Assembly (NCBI RefSeq): GCF_000143415.4
Contig: NW_003314305.1
Location: 433,709-497,708 of the forward strand
Length of the DNA: 64,000 nucleotides
DNA from: Selaginella moellendorffii
Taxonomy: Eukaryota > Plantae > Lycopodiophyta
Reading direction: 5' to 3'
Shown piece by piece: positions 36,837 through 49,738 of the stretch (position 1 is its first letter; every line of letters begins with the position of its first letter). The notes under the pieces were generated by a model, which did no database searches, was not told the origin of the DNA, and saw nothing but the letters and a program-made list of their open reading frames with translations. Made by a program: the position numbers and the translations under genes.

Positions 36837-37780
36837 ATGGCGGCCTTGCCCTCTTCGTCGTCTTCCCTCATCCAATCCTTCCAGCAGCGGCGGCGGCGGC
36901 GGCGGCGATCCCTCGCAGCACGGCGCGGAGATCCTTGGGTCAGCTCCATCGCTCGCGGTAAGAATTTTCGTTCGCATGCGAGAGGTAGAAGAATTTCTCC
37001 TCTTTTCCCTTTCTGTAAGATTGCATTCCAGGCTCCCTCTCTCCCTCTTTCTTTCGTTTCTCGGATCGAGTTCTCTATCTCTTGCTTTTTCCTTCGAAGT
37101 GAATCTTTCCTCGGTCCTTTCTTTGCTTTTGGTTTCAATGGCTTAACTTCCTTGGTTTTGGTCTCATCGTTCTCGCTCTATAGGTGGTGAAGAGCGTGAG
37201 AACTACATTCACGAGCACAAACAACCTCCAGGACCTGGCCGAGCGGCGAAGCATTGTGTGCAACAATGCGGACTTGGAGAGAACTGATATGTTGGGTAAG
37301 AGAAACCTCCTCCTTTTTCTTAGAGTGAGTTTCGTGGATTTTCGAGAGAGGGGAGCTCGCATTCTAGGCTCCAGTTTTCGGGAGGAGAGCTAGCATAGTT
37401 TCCTCTAGGGAGAGCTAGCATCTTTCATAGCTTACTTCTAGATCCGGAGTTCTTTCGATTAGAAGTTTGAGTATCGGGGTCTAGTTTTTCGACGAGAACC
37501 TACTATGTTTTTGGCGAGTATCCAAGCCCAAGCTGCCATCCTCGTCCTCGACTTCCAGAGGAAGTGGCCTCAGCAAGCCTTCCGGATCTCGCCAGCGCTC
37601 AAATCCTTCCTGGCCAAACGAGACCGAGATGGTACGTCCTCCAGGTATTTTTTTTCTTTTCTGGATCGATCCAACTCTTTTTTCGATGGATTGATCTATA
37701 GGACCAGGCGAGCGATTTGCGCCGCCAAGCTCTGAGAATTTTGCTCCAGTGTGAATCCCGCTTTTCCTCAAGGAGAGATT
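36837..37780 (+). pseudogene. Collapsed, degenerate duplicate of the adjacent SWIB gene
   Basis: Nucleotide matches to 38035-39490, including intron sequence, with deletions and frameshifts. Confidence 0.85.
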
Positions 37781-38034
37781 AAAACAAAGGTATTCCGGGG
37801 TTTAAGAGGAAAGAGTGGATAAATTTTGTACATATGGTTTAACCTCATCCCTTTGTTTTCTTTTTCTAGAAGGTAGATAAATATCGTGAAAAAGTAATTC
37901 GAAAAACATGACCTAGTTTAAGTTCGTACTGGCCATCGTCATCTTTGGACGAACAAAGCATATTCCGACGGGAATTTGGCATATTCTGGTATGCCTACTC
38001 CCAGGAACCCTAAAATCTCTTTGGCATTTTGGAT

Positions 38035-39488
38035 ATGGCGGCTTTGTCCTCTTCGTCGTCCTCCCTCATCCAATCCTTCCAGCACGACTGCGGCGGCGAT
38101 GATCCCTCCTTGCGGCGCGGCGCGGCGATCCTGGGCCTCAGCTCCATCGCTCGCAGTAAGATTTCTCGTGGGTTCGAGAGGCAATGTATGTGATCGTGGC
38201 TCTGGCAGTGGGGTGCGCGGCGAGGAAGGGCTTTCTTCTCGCCAGGGTTTCATCGCACGCCGAGAGGTAGAAGAAATCTCTAATTCTCGTGGCCAGGAGC
38301 TAAAAATCTTTGCAATGCTGCCACAGCGCCGTAGCGGCCAAGCACCAGGAGGTGCCCAGTGGATTCACCAGGAGCTGCCGGATCTCGGAGGAGCTCCAGA
38401 GGATAATCGGCAAAGAAGAGCTTCCGCGGCCTCAAGTAAGTAACCATCTCCTCTTTTTCCTCTTTAGATTCTTTGTTTTCTTTTAGATTGCATTCTAGTT
38501 AGCTCTCCCCTCTCGTTTCTTCCTTCTTTCTCTCCTGGATCTAGTTCTCTTATCTCTTGCTTGTTCCTTCCAAGCAAATTTTTCCTTCTGTTCTTTCATC
38601 CATTTCGATGCTCTTTGTTTTGCTTGTTTCTATGTTCTTTGGTTGTTTGTTCTTAACTTCTTTGTTCTTCCTTGTAAATTTTGGTCTCATCGTTCCCGTT
38701 CTATAGGTGGTGAAGAGCGTGTGGAACTACATTCACGAGCACAACCTCCAGGACCCGGCCGACCGGCGAAGCATCGTGTGCAATGCGGATTTGGCTCAAG
38801 TTTTGGGCGTGGAGAGGACTGATATGTTCCAGCTGAGCCGATTACTCTCCAGGCATCTCACATACACGGGTAAGAGAAACTTCCTCCTTTTTCTTAGCCT
38901 CGAGAGATTCTTCCGAGAGTGTTTAGGAGAGGAGTGCTAGCATTTTAGTTTTCGTGAGAGGGGATCTAGCATTGTTTTCATAGTTTCCTTCTAAGGAGAG
39001 CTAGCATTTTTCATAGTTTACCACTAGATTCATAAGAGATTAAGAAACTTTTATTGGGAGTGAAGTTCGGTCTTGTTTTCTCGACGAGAACTTACTATGC
39101 TCTGGCGATGGTGGCAGGACCAACTGGAGTATCCAAGCCAAAGCCGCCGAAGTCACCATCCTCGTCTTCGTCTTCCAGAGGAATTGGCCTCAGCAAGCCT
39201 TTTCGGATCTCGCAAGCGCTCAAATCCTTCCTGGCCACGAACGAGACGGAGATGGTGCGATCGGACGTGGTGAAGCTCATGTGGGATTACATCAAAGAGC
39301 ACAACCTTCAGGTAAGAAGAAAAAAACAGTTTTTTCTTGATCGATCCAACACTTTCTTATTTTTCCAGGATCCAGAGGACAGGAGGCGAGTGATTTGCGA
39401 CGCCAAGCTCAAAGAACTACTCCAGTGTGACTCGCTGCTTGGAATCGGCATCACCAAGTACCTCTCACCCCATTTTCTCAAGGATTAG
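38035..39488 (+). CDS. Double SWIB/MDM2-domain protein with probable organellar transit peptide
   Basis: Motifs ISEELQRIIG...PRPQVVKSVWNYIHEHNLQDP and ISQALKSFL...RSDVVKLMWDYIKEHNLQDP; Ser-rich N-terminus. Confidence 0.88.
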
Positions 39489-39666
39489 AAGGAAAAGGAA
39501 AGAAAGGAAAGTTTTCTTTTGCTCGTCCAGATTTTTTGGTTTCTGTGAAGAGCCCTATAATGTGAAAGGATTGATTAGGGCAACGAGGCTCTCTCTTCTC
39601 TTTGCGCGAATTGTGATAGATCCGAGCTGCCGCTGCTGGATTTGTGGCTCTTGGATGGACTAGGCG

Positions 39667-41617
39667 ATGGATCCGCCAATGGATCTCACGCGAGATCAGG
39701 TAGATTCCCCCCATTGCGATGGATTTTTCTCAGCGAAAACCCCATTGCAGGTGTTGACGAGAGACATTCCATGGGAGAATTACCTCAATGCGAAGCTCAT
39801 CTCCAGCACGGATTTGCAGCTGCTGAGGCGCTACGATCACAAGCCCGAGGATGCGCAGATTGCTATGCTAGAAGAGGTAATTGGGAATTTTCGTTGCTAG
39901 AATCTAGTTTCCTGGATTGAATTGGATTGGAGAGGATTGATTTCTTTGTTTTTGGCAGAATGGTGTTGCTTATGTGAGAGTGTTCTTGAGACTACTTGAC
40001 AACATCACGAAGGAAGAAACGGTGGAGTATGTGGTAGCGTTGGTGGATGAAATGCTTTCTGGTAAGTCCATAGCTTTTGGAAGGATGACTGAGCCAAACT
40101 TCTTTGAATTCATGCCAGTGGATCCGATAAAGCATGCTGCATTGTTCCACGATGAAGAATTTTCTCCCGAGGAGATTTACCGGCCTTTCTTGAGGTGAGG
40201 ATTTGTTGATTCGATGGATAGGCACTGAGTCTTCCTTTTCTTTCCCCCAGTTTGTTGTCCAGGAAAAATTGGTTTTTGCAAGAGAAAGCTTGCAAGATTC
40301 TGACCGTCTTGATCAGGTAGCTTGTTTTGAGACTTTGCGAGAGAATTTGTCTTACTTTTTCTTGTTTGAAAGCGCTCGTCCACGACAACAGGCGGTGGAG
40401 GTCTCACAAAAGCCTGGGCCTTCCAAGAACGTATTGCAGGATGTCCTTCAGAAACTTGTCTCGTGGCTTTGTATTCAGGTAATATAGCTACTGTTTCCAT
40501 CGATCCACCGAATGATTTGTTTTTTCTATCTCTCGGCAGCTAAGACATCCTTCTCATCCAAGCCGAGCAATACCAACAGCCGTGAGCTCTTTGGCTACTC
40601 TGCTAAGAGACCACGGTGTGAAATCCATGTTTGTCCAACTTGAGGGCGTGAAACTCCTGACTCCATTGATATCTCCCGCAACAACACAGCAGTACATTCA
40701 GGTTCGTGATGCTGTGCTCTCAACTCAACTGGTTTTTAACAGCGGTGGTCTTGTTTTCCGTTTCTAGCTACTGTACGAGGCAACTCTGTGCATGTGGCTC
40801 CTCTCGTTCTACAGCTTGGCCGTGGACGCTATAGCAGCCACTCGAGCCTTACCTCGGCTGGTGGAAGTCGCGAGAACGTCCTCCAAAGAAAAGGTTTGTT
40901 TTCATCTTTCTTTGTGTTACTTTCGAAACAATAGCGAGAGTGTTGCAGGTTGTGAGAGTGGTTATTTTGACGCTGCGAAATCTTCTCACGAAAGGAACTT
41001 TTGCACGAGACATGGTCGAGCTCGGGATGCCAAAGATCATCCAGAACCTTAAGATGCAAGCATGGAGTGACGAGGTAAGAGCTTTTGCTTTTTCAAGCTT
41101 GCATATGTAAATACGTTTTGCTGGACAGGATCTCACCGAAGCTCTCAATCTCATGGAAGAGACACTGAAAAAGAACCTCAAGCTGCTGAGTTCGTTCGAG
41201 AAGTACAAGCAGGAGGTGCTGTCCGGTAACTTGGATTGGACTCCGATGCACAAAGATCCTCTCTTCTGGAAAGAAAACATCAAGAAATTCGAGGAGAATG
41301 ACTTCCAGGTATAGTGTTGAAGTTCTTTAAAGGTGGGATCTAAGTTCTTGTGGTTTTTGCTCCAGGTTTTGCGAATACTTGTGACCATTCTCGACAACTC
41401 TCGTGATCCGAGAACGCAGGCCGTCGCGTGCCAAGACATTGCGCAGTTTATCCAGTTTCATCCCGCTGGCCGCGGCATTGTCTTGGACATGAGAGCCAAA
41501 GACCGAGTGATGCGTCTAATGAACCACGATAACAGTGAAGTCAGAAAGGAGGCTCTGATTTGTGTTCAGAAGCTTCTGTTGAATGCAAAGTATGCAAGTT
41601 TTATGCAAAATAAATAA
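39667..41617 (+). CDS. VHA-H: V-type proton ATPase subunit H, multi-exon
   Basis: Motifs [36 protein letters not shown] and [18 protein letters not shown]...[12 protein letters not shown]. Confidence 0.95.
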
Positions 41618-41731
41618 AAACCAAAATGAATAAATAAATAAATAGTAAATAATATAATTAGGCATTAGCGACATTAACATTAATAGTGAAATGATTTCAT
41701 CACCTTCAAGGATCAAACGAAGATCTAAATG

Positions 41732-42450
41732 CTACCACCACCACCTTTGTATCAACTCCAGGTACACAGCCTCGTCTCCATTTGTCACTTCCAGGTATTC
41801 GAGCAAGCCCGGCATGCCACCAGTAAGGTAATGGATGCTAGCAGACGTCTTGAGGCTCTCTGGTAACGACGACAAAGCCAGCCATGTCTTGAGCTCCATC
41901 TGGCTGAAAGGCCCGTCAAGCACAAACTTCTGCCTGTCCAGGATCAGCTTCCTCTTGAGACTTTGCTCCTTATGATAGCGTTTGGCTGAGATCTCAACCA
42001 AGAGGCGGCGCCGCACAAAGTCGAGTATGCGTTGTCTAGTTTTGTCCTCGTTTCCTCACTGTCCCCGTGCTGGGCGTCAAACACCTCCCAGTCATCCACC
42101 ACGAACAGAAGCTGCTCCCGTCTGCGGCCACACCAGAAGGAGAGCTCATTCAGATCTCGCAGCTCCTGGCTTGCCGTCTCGTGGCCATGGAATGCCATGA
42201 GAATTCCCTCCCACACAGCGGCAGAAAGCTCCGGACTAGATCTCCAGCGTTGAGGAAGACAACATGCCTGTCTCCAGACTGCTGTATGTGACTGCAAACT
42301 GCAGCAACCAAATACGACTTGCCCAATTCCATTGCACCCATCACTGAAATCTGGTGCCCTCGCCGTTCTTTTGACAACTCGAGGACACGCTCATACAGCT
42401 CATGAGCAGCCCACAAACCTGTAAACGTTCTACCGCCCCTCCTCCGTTGA
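41732..42450 (-). pseudogene. Frameshifted P-loop NTPase relic, Crinkler/CR-NTPase-like
   Basis: Walker A-like ISVMGAMELGKSY, Walker B LLFVVDDW and HYLTGGMPGLL lie in three successive overlapping ORFs. Confidence 0.65.
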
Positions 42451-42761
42451 GGCCATTGGGGAGTATGGCCAGATAACGCTGATGGAGTAGCTGGTGTCCC
42501 ACAGGTACGAAGGGTCATAAGTTGGCGACCGAGCATTTTGTTTTTTCCAAGCTCTTCTCTGCTGTTTGGTGCAGACTTTGTAGCTGCATACACCATGTTG
42601 AAAATCAGGGCAAATAATAGAAACCTCAAGAATAAAACTTATATATATTTTTATATAGAACAAATAGTAAGTTCAACCCTAAAAGGTCAATTAAATACCC
42701 AAAATCATTTGAATGTGTACTTATCATTTATTCAAATAAATTTCACAAATAATTATTGAGA

Positions 42762-42910
42762 AATTTAATTATTATATAAAATTATTCAATTTAATTATTA
42801 TATAAAATTATTCAATTTTATTAATATTAAAATTATTTAATTTTATTAATATTAAAATTATTTAATTTTATTAATATTAAAATTATTTAATTTTTATTAT
42901 TAAAATTATT
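42762..42910. repeat. AT-only minisatellite, about 6 units of 25-26 bp
   Basis: AATTTAATTATTATATAAAATTATTC twice, then AATTTTATTAATATTAAAATTATTT three to four times. Confidence 0.9.
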
Positions 42911-43879
42911 TCTTGATACAGCAGCTAGTGCTAGTAAATAAAACATGTATTAAAAGTAAGTATAGTAGAATTCACTTTTAAAAATACTTAAATTTTGATA
43001 TCTAAAATAAATAAAAAATATGCATAAAAGACAAATAGGGTAACTTTTTTTAAACAATTCCAAAAAAAATGAGTAGATCTTTCTATTAAAAATTAAATTA
43101 AAATGTAAAAGAAAACCACTTGTAATATATGTTTTCTAATTTTCATAAAATCTTTAATGTATTTAATATCACATACTATTATTAAGGAATTTTCTATTAT
43201 ATTTATTTAAAAAATTTAATATTAAAACTAAAATATAATTATATTATTAACAATATTATTATTTATAATTTTTTTTAAAATAATTTCCTTGATAGGAAAG
43301 AGTTTATACTTTACGATCTTGTCCCAAACTCGTGGGAGGAGTTAGAGACCCTCAAGTGGTTTTTGTAATCAAAGGTGAGGAAATTTATAATTTATTTATA
43401 TTCATAAACTTCAAAAATAATTATTTTTATTACAACCTCATAAAAAAGAGCTATATTACTTCTAAAAGTTAAAAATTATTAAATAAAATGGTTGATATTC
43501 TAAGTTTGTCATATAGGTTTAAAATTATAAAACTAATAAATTTTAAAATGAAAATTATTATATAAGATAGTCAATATTCTCTCTCCTTTCTCAAATTCCT
43601 CAGACAATGAAGATAATGATATGTCTTGTGAAGTTACCAATTAATTAGTTTTATTTCTGTAGAATCAATGTGGAGTATATTTCTATATTAATTTTCTAAA
43701 GTATTTTACTTTTTTATGTTTATTTATATAATTTTTTATTTTTATATCAAGTTGTGAACTTTGTGAAAGTTGTAGTAGGCAAAAATCCTATAAACGAATA
43801 TCTTTAACTTAGTTTAATAATAAATATTTTATATTTATATTATTCTTTATTCCAATCATATATATATTGACCTCCAAAA

Positions 43880-44500
43880 AATACCAAAAACTAATAGTTC
43901 CATCAATGGTGTAAAATTTAAACTTATTAGGCATCTAAAATGACAATATATCTTTAAAACTTATTTTGAATGAATAAAAAATGCAAGTGAAATATATTAT
44001 ATTTATTTATACATTGTTATAAAAATATTTTTTTCTAGAAAAGAATATAAACTGATAATGTTACTAATGGTGTAAACTTTAAATTTACTAAGCATCTAAA
44101 ATAGTACTATACCTTTAAAAGTTATTTTGAATGAATAAAAAATGCAAGTGAAATATATTATATTTATTTATACATTTGTTCCTAAAGAAGACCATAAACT
44201 AATAATGCCACTAATGGTGTAAACTTTAAATTTAATAAGCATTTAAAATGACAATGTACCTTAAAAACTTATTTTGGAATGAATAAAAAATGTAAGTGAA
44301 ACATATTATATTTATTTATATATTGTTACAAAAATATTTATTCCTAAAGAAAACCATAAACTTATAGTGCCATTGATGGTGTAAACTTTGAATCTACTAA
44401 GCATATAAAATGATAATATACCTTAAAAACTTATTTTAAATGAACAAAAATGCAATTAAAATATATTTTATATATTTATATATTGTTATTAAAATATTTT
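43880..44500. repeat. Tandem array of about 4 AT-rich 150-160-bp units
   Basis: The anchor ATGGTGTAAA recurs at ~43906, 44067, 44214 and 44376, with conserved TTATTTTGAATGAATAAAAAATGCAAGTGAAATATATTATATTTATTTATA. Confidence 0.9.
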
Positions 44501-44949
44501 CTCATAAATAAGTCTAGAAATGTTTTTTCAAAATATATTATTCTCATATAAATATTCTCCTTTGAAGATAAACTTGAATAAGGAAGTGTTCATGTATGTA
44601 ACTTCCAAGATAACTTCCCGCCTCCATCATCTAAAAATTTGATATTGATCCAAAACTGCTACTTCTTCTTTTATCAAATGTGATTCCTACACAACAATCC
44701 AAACTTCGCTATATCAATTTTGGATCAAATTGTTAATAAAGATCTTGTGAGGATGAGGAGTTTTAAATCAAGCTATTAATAAACAGTTTGCAAAGATGAG
44801 GAATTGAGGATGTACAATTATGCTATTCTGCCATACTTTTTGACAGGCTATCAAAAAAAATTAACCATCACTAAAGATTGTTAATCACTCACTAAATGAG
44901 CATATTCTACAAATTCTTTTAGGCGGGAAAGATATTTTCTTAGGGCTGG

Positions 44950-45570
44950 ACTGCGCTACGATCAGCAGCAGATTGATAGGTACTTTGAATTTTCTTTGCT
45001 TGAATCCAGCTTTGGATTTTATTTATGGTACTACTTGACAACATCACGAAGAAAGAAACAGTGGAATGTGTGGTTATGCTCTCTATTAAGTTGAAGAGAT
45101 TTACTGGGAGGTGAGGATTTCCTTATTCGATGGTTGGCACAAGCACTGAGTTTCCATTTTTTCTCCGGTTTGTTGCAGCCCGAGAAAAATTGGTTCTTAC
45201 AAGAGAAAGCTTGCAAGGTTCTGACCAGGCATTTTTCTTGTTTGAAAGCGCTTATCTGCGAACACAGGCGGTGGAGATCTCACAAAAGTCTGGGCCTTCG
45301 AAGAACGTGTCGCATCATGTCCTTCAAAACCTTGTCTTTCTATTCAGGTAATATAGCTAGTTTTTTTTTTTTTTTTTCTCTCTCTCGCTTCTCATCCCAG
45401 CTGCGCAATACCAACTACTCTGCTAAGAGACCACGATGATCCATGTTTGTACAACTTGAGGTGAAACTCTTGACTCCCTTGATGTCTTCTGCGACAGCAC
45501 AACAGTACATTCAGGTTCCTGATGCTCCGGAAAGAAAACATCAAGAGGTTTGAAGACAATGACTTCCATC
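44950..45570 (+). pseudogene. Collapsed VHA-H fragment 1
   Basis: Patchwork matches to exon and intron sequence of 39830-41310. Confidence 0.85.
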
Positions 45571-45769
45571 TTGAAAGTTTCTCAAGTTGTTATAATGCTT
45601 TTTTCTTCAGGTTTTGCCCCGCAAAGATCGAGTGATGCGTCACGATAATAGAGAAGTAAGAAAGTGACGTGAACAAAAAATAAAAAATCTTGGCCGCTCC
45701 ACTCAGTGAGTATGGGGAGATGAGAGGAGTGAGGAGCGAGATCACGGAGGAACAGTCTGTCAAAGACAA

Positions 45770-45930
45770 GCTTGAGAAGAGCTTGTATACATTTCGCAAA
45801 GTTTCTACATGGTGGGAAGACTTTATCTTCGTTGCCACCCATCATCGATTCTAATCTTTCAGTCAAGTTCTTCACATTTCACTCTTCGGTCTTGCCATTC
45901 CATTCTCAGGGATCGCACAATTTTTTCTCG
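45770..45930 (-). pseudogene. 3' fragment of the orphan 172-aa gene family
   Basis: ERLESMMGGNEDKVFPPCRNFAK matches the C-terminus of 49739-50257. Confidence 0.8.
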
Positions 45931-46214
45931 AAAAGGTTGCTCATAGGAATTCCGGTTTCTCTCTAAGCTTGTTAAGGTTTTTCTCATTACCTCGTTGAAC
46001 AGGCAACTTCAAGCACAAGCACCGGGAGGTAGTGTACCGTGTCTGAGTTTCAGAAGCATGGCCTTGTCGTCTCTATCAACACCCGGGCAGGCAAACTCGG
46101 AAGTGGTGGGCTTTGCATCCTCTGCCAAAGCTCTTTTAACGTGTCCTCCATTTCAAGCTGACGAACCCAAAATCCGTTGGTGATCTGTTCAGAGGTGTTC
46201 CAACCAACGACAAA

Positions 46215-47700
46215 ATGGATCAATCACGCGTTGGTTTGAAGAACGAGACGCTTGACCGGATTATGGACAAGGTGCTTCGGGGACCTACTGAAACAAAGGC
46301 CTGCTTCCGGGACGCCTCCTCGGAGAACCAAGATAGAATTTATATGGGTTCTCTTTTTCCAGGATTTAGATACGTCATACCGCAGGACAGAGACATGGTT
46401 GCTGAGGTGAAAGGGGTGACTTATCTTGTGGTTGCTCGGGAAAACACGGGGGAAGTCATCGTTGGAGACAACGGGAAACCCGTTTTGGTGGAAATCTCAG
46501 CTGACTTTCAGGAGTCTCATGAGATCCAGTACAAAAAGGAAGACAGGGTATGTACTGTGAAGTTTTCTCGTTTGTTTATTAACAGTTTTTCTGTTGATTT
46601 TGCAGAGGTGGAGGTGTGAATTCGTGACCAAAATCTGCACTGCGGGAGTGGCTTGACAAACAATATATGTCATGCAATTTCTGGCAGCCGGCCTCAGCAA
46701 TAGAGGCAAAGTGGATGTAAGCTTTTTTCGTTATTTTGTTTTCTTTCTAATTTTCTGTTTGGTCAGTATGGCTCCTGAAGATATATATCAGGTTGGCTCA
46801 TCCGGTTGCAACAAGTTGCTCAAGGAGCTCAAGAGTTCTCACCCGATTGAGAGGCCCTACTGTTACGTCTGGGCAAAAGAGGAGTATAATTATGGTATTC
46901 TTGACATTTTCGGAAGCGTCAAGGTGTTGAACCATACAATCACGCCTGCAAGTTTTGAGTAAGTTTGTCAAATGATCCTGCTAGATACTGATTACGACTC
47001 ATTTCATCTTGCAGGCGTTACCAGTGTGTTGTTGAAGACTGACGCGTATAATTTTGTTCAAGGCTTCATGCGTGTGCATGTTGGAAACGAGTTTCTGGGA
47101 TGGACCCCAGAAGTGGTGGAGAATATCTACCGGCAGAGGCTGATAGAAATCCGAAAGGAGCAGCGGGAGGTCTTGAATTCCAGGTACTTTGAAAGAAACT
47201 TGTTATTGTACCTGGCCGAGCTGAGGACGACGACGGATCTTTGGGATCTGCAAGAGAATGCTGAGCGTTACATAATCACGCTGAACATCCCCAACTTTGC
47301 AGGTAAGGAGGACTGAGTTAATCCATGTGATTCATTCTCATCACTGTGTTGCAGGCAGAGTGACTTTCCTAAGTGGTCTCGTGGATGGGTGAATCTTCAG
47401 CAATGCATTTCCTACCAAGGAGTGCTCTGTGGACATTGTCTTTCCTTTCTCTTCTAGAGAAGTGGAAGGCCTCAGCTGGGATAGTGACCAAGAGGCAGTT
47501 GTTGTCTGCCTGCCAAAGAAGGAGCCCGCTCAGATGGTGGAGCAACCTGTGAAGAAACGCAAGCTGCTGCCTGAGGTGGGAACTGAACATTTTTTTTTCT
47601 TTGTTTGATGCTGAGTCCTTGCATTTTTCCATGTTGTAGTTTAAGTTGCAGCCGAACTGCAAGATGAAGCTAGTCGGAAATGAAGTCCTTCATACCATCA
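46215..47700 (+). pseudogene. Multi-exon unknown gene with a premature stop and a probable frameshift
   Basis: ORFs 46215-46619, 46672-46962 and 46972-47316 are linked by GT-AG introns; in-frame TGA at 46654. Confidence 0.5.
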
Positions 47701-48018
47701 ACTGCTCGCGTGAAAGATCAGCAGTGTCTTATTGCAGTAAAGCAGCTTGAAGACGCAGAAAGAGTCTTCGTCTCAGAGGAGGAATGTGAGAGAAATGATT
47801 GTCAAATGATTTGAATAGTTTTAGAAATTTGTACCAACTTTTAAAGAAATCTTCACTAATAATATATAGATTCGTTCGTTCGAGGTCCCGCGTGCATTGC
47901 GGACTGTGTCCACGATTGCCGAGGTCGGAGTGAAATTCGCCAAGGACATGAGGGTGGTAGGATGAATGGAACACAAAAGTAGGATGCAATACATCTATTA
48001 ATCTTTACAAAAGCTTGC

Positions 48019-49625
48019 TCATAGGAATTCGGTTTTGATCACATCTCTGAGAATTTCGAGCCTGCTGATCACGAGTGGATCCATGAGCTTTTGAGCCTCT
48101 TGGATCAGCGTCTTCTCCTTGTTACTGTAGTAAGCGTCGAGAATGAACAGCACCTGCCTGTAGAGCCTGTTTGGAGTCCTGGAAAGAGCACAGAGATCAC
48201 AAAAAAACTTGCATTTGGTTGCTCACTTACGTGTATAACAGGTCGATATCTTTCCCCTCAAGTTCGTCTCCAGGGGAGAATGCCTGCGCCAGAGCACCGA
48301 GTCTTTCTCGAGGATCTTCAATCGTCAGCAGATGCTTCAAGATCCGGACTTCTTTTGGGACGAGCCTTTGCATATTTCCTTTGGCGACATTATACAGATG
48401 AAACATTATGTCTTTCACCTGGAAAATTAACACAAACAAATGAGATTGTCGTTTCCTTTTCACTAGACTGTACCTCCTCTTTCATCAGTGGTGATTCCTT
48501 TGCAGCAGCCCAAGCTTTGCTGATCACCAGCATCAGTGTCGGATCAAACTGCTTGTTCTTGACGAGGGTGTCAATCTTCTTGCAGGCATCTTGCAGGGAC
48601 GAGGAGTTCAGGATGTCATCAAACTTCCGGCGAGCAGCATCCAAGGCTACACTGTTCTCAGCACCTTTGTCATACTCTTCGACGCTAGCCAGGCATCTTG
48701 CTGCCAATTGTGCCAGTTCTGCAGAGCATAGACTTGTTCATAAAACCAGCATGAAGATGAAGGAAAGGACTTACTTTCTCGCCGATCTAAGTTGGAATGG
48801 TTTGCATCACATAAAACTCGAAGATGCTTGAAGAAATCGCTCGTGAAATCCTTCCGACGCTTGGCAACAATGACATCTATCTCCGTCTCGTTAACTTCGA
48901 TCTCCTCGAGCAGCTCATCGTGCCTTATCATCTCGTCATCTACCTGGAAAGAAAGATAAAAAACAACTTAGCTAAAACTTAAGACAAAATCTCACACAGC
49001 CTAGAACACAAGAAAAGCTTTATACCTCTTTCAATTTTCTGGAGAGCTTGTAAAGATTTCCCATCTTTCTCGGATCGTCCTCGGACTCTGCCAGCGCCTT
49101 GCATCGCTCGTAAAAGTAAGGACGAATCCTCCTCCACTCCTGGCTAAACGCTAGCAATTTTCTCCACTCGTCTGGATCGGGCCTGTCCACCATAAACACC
49201 TCGATCAACCTGTCACACACCCTCCTCATGCTGAATCCCTTCTCAAACTCCACCTCTTCGTCTCTCTTAGAACTCCCAGCAGCTCCATCTTCCTCTTCCT
49301 TTCTCACCAATTCTTCCTCGAGCTTTACACCTTCCGCGGCCGATTCTTCCTCGAGCTTCAACGCTTCCGCCGCCGATTCTACCTCGCTAGTGGAAGAATC
49401 CACGGCCGCCGCGGCTGCTGCTGCTGCTGCGCTCTCCCTCTTAAACCCTAAACCCCTGCTCCAATCCCTCCTCCCAGCCAAGAATGCGGAGCTCAATCGG
49501 CCGCTGCTACGTCGATTCCTGCTCCTGCTGCTGCTGTGACATACCACGGAGCTCGGAGAGGAGAAGATCCTTGACTGCCGCCACAAGCAGCCGGAGTAGA
49601 GCACCGCCTCGGGCGCGAGCGCCAT
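48019..49625 (-). CDS. Conserved uncharacterised chloroplast protein (At4g37920/At1g36320-like)
   Basis: Transit-peptide-like N-terminus; motifs VCDRLIEVFM...WRKLLAFSQEW, IVAKRRKDFTSDFF, KFDDILNSSSL and KAWAAAKES...PKEVRILKHLL. Confidence 0.85.
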
Positions 49626-49738
49626 AACCAAAATTTAGGGCAGAGAGTGGTAAAAATGAGCATATTCTAAAGATATCCTTTCTCTTGAATATTTAGGGCT
49701 CTGCTTTTTAGGGTTCTTGGAAATTTTTAGGGCACTCA

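Noticed and set aside
43880-44500. Regularly spaced repeats as a CRISPR array
   Set aside because: The whole unit repeats with no unique spacers, and the context is eukaryotic with no cas genes.
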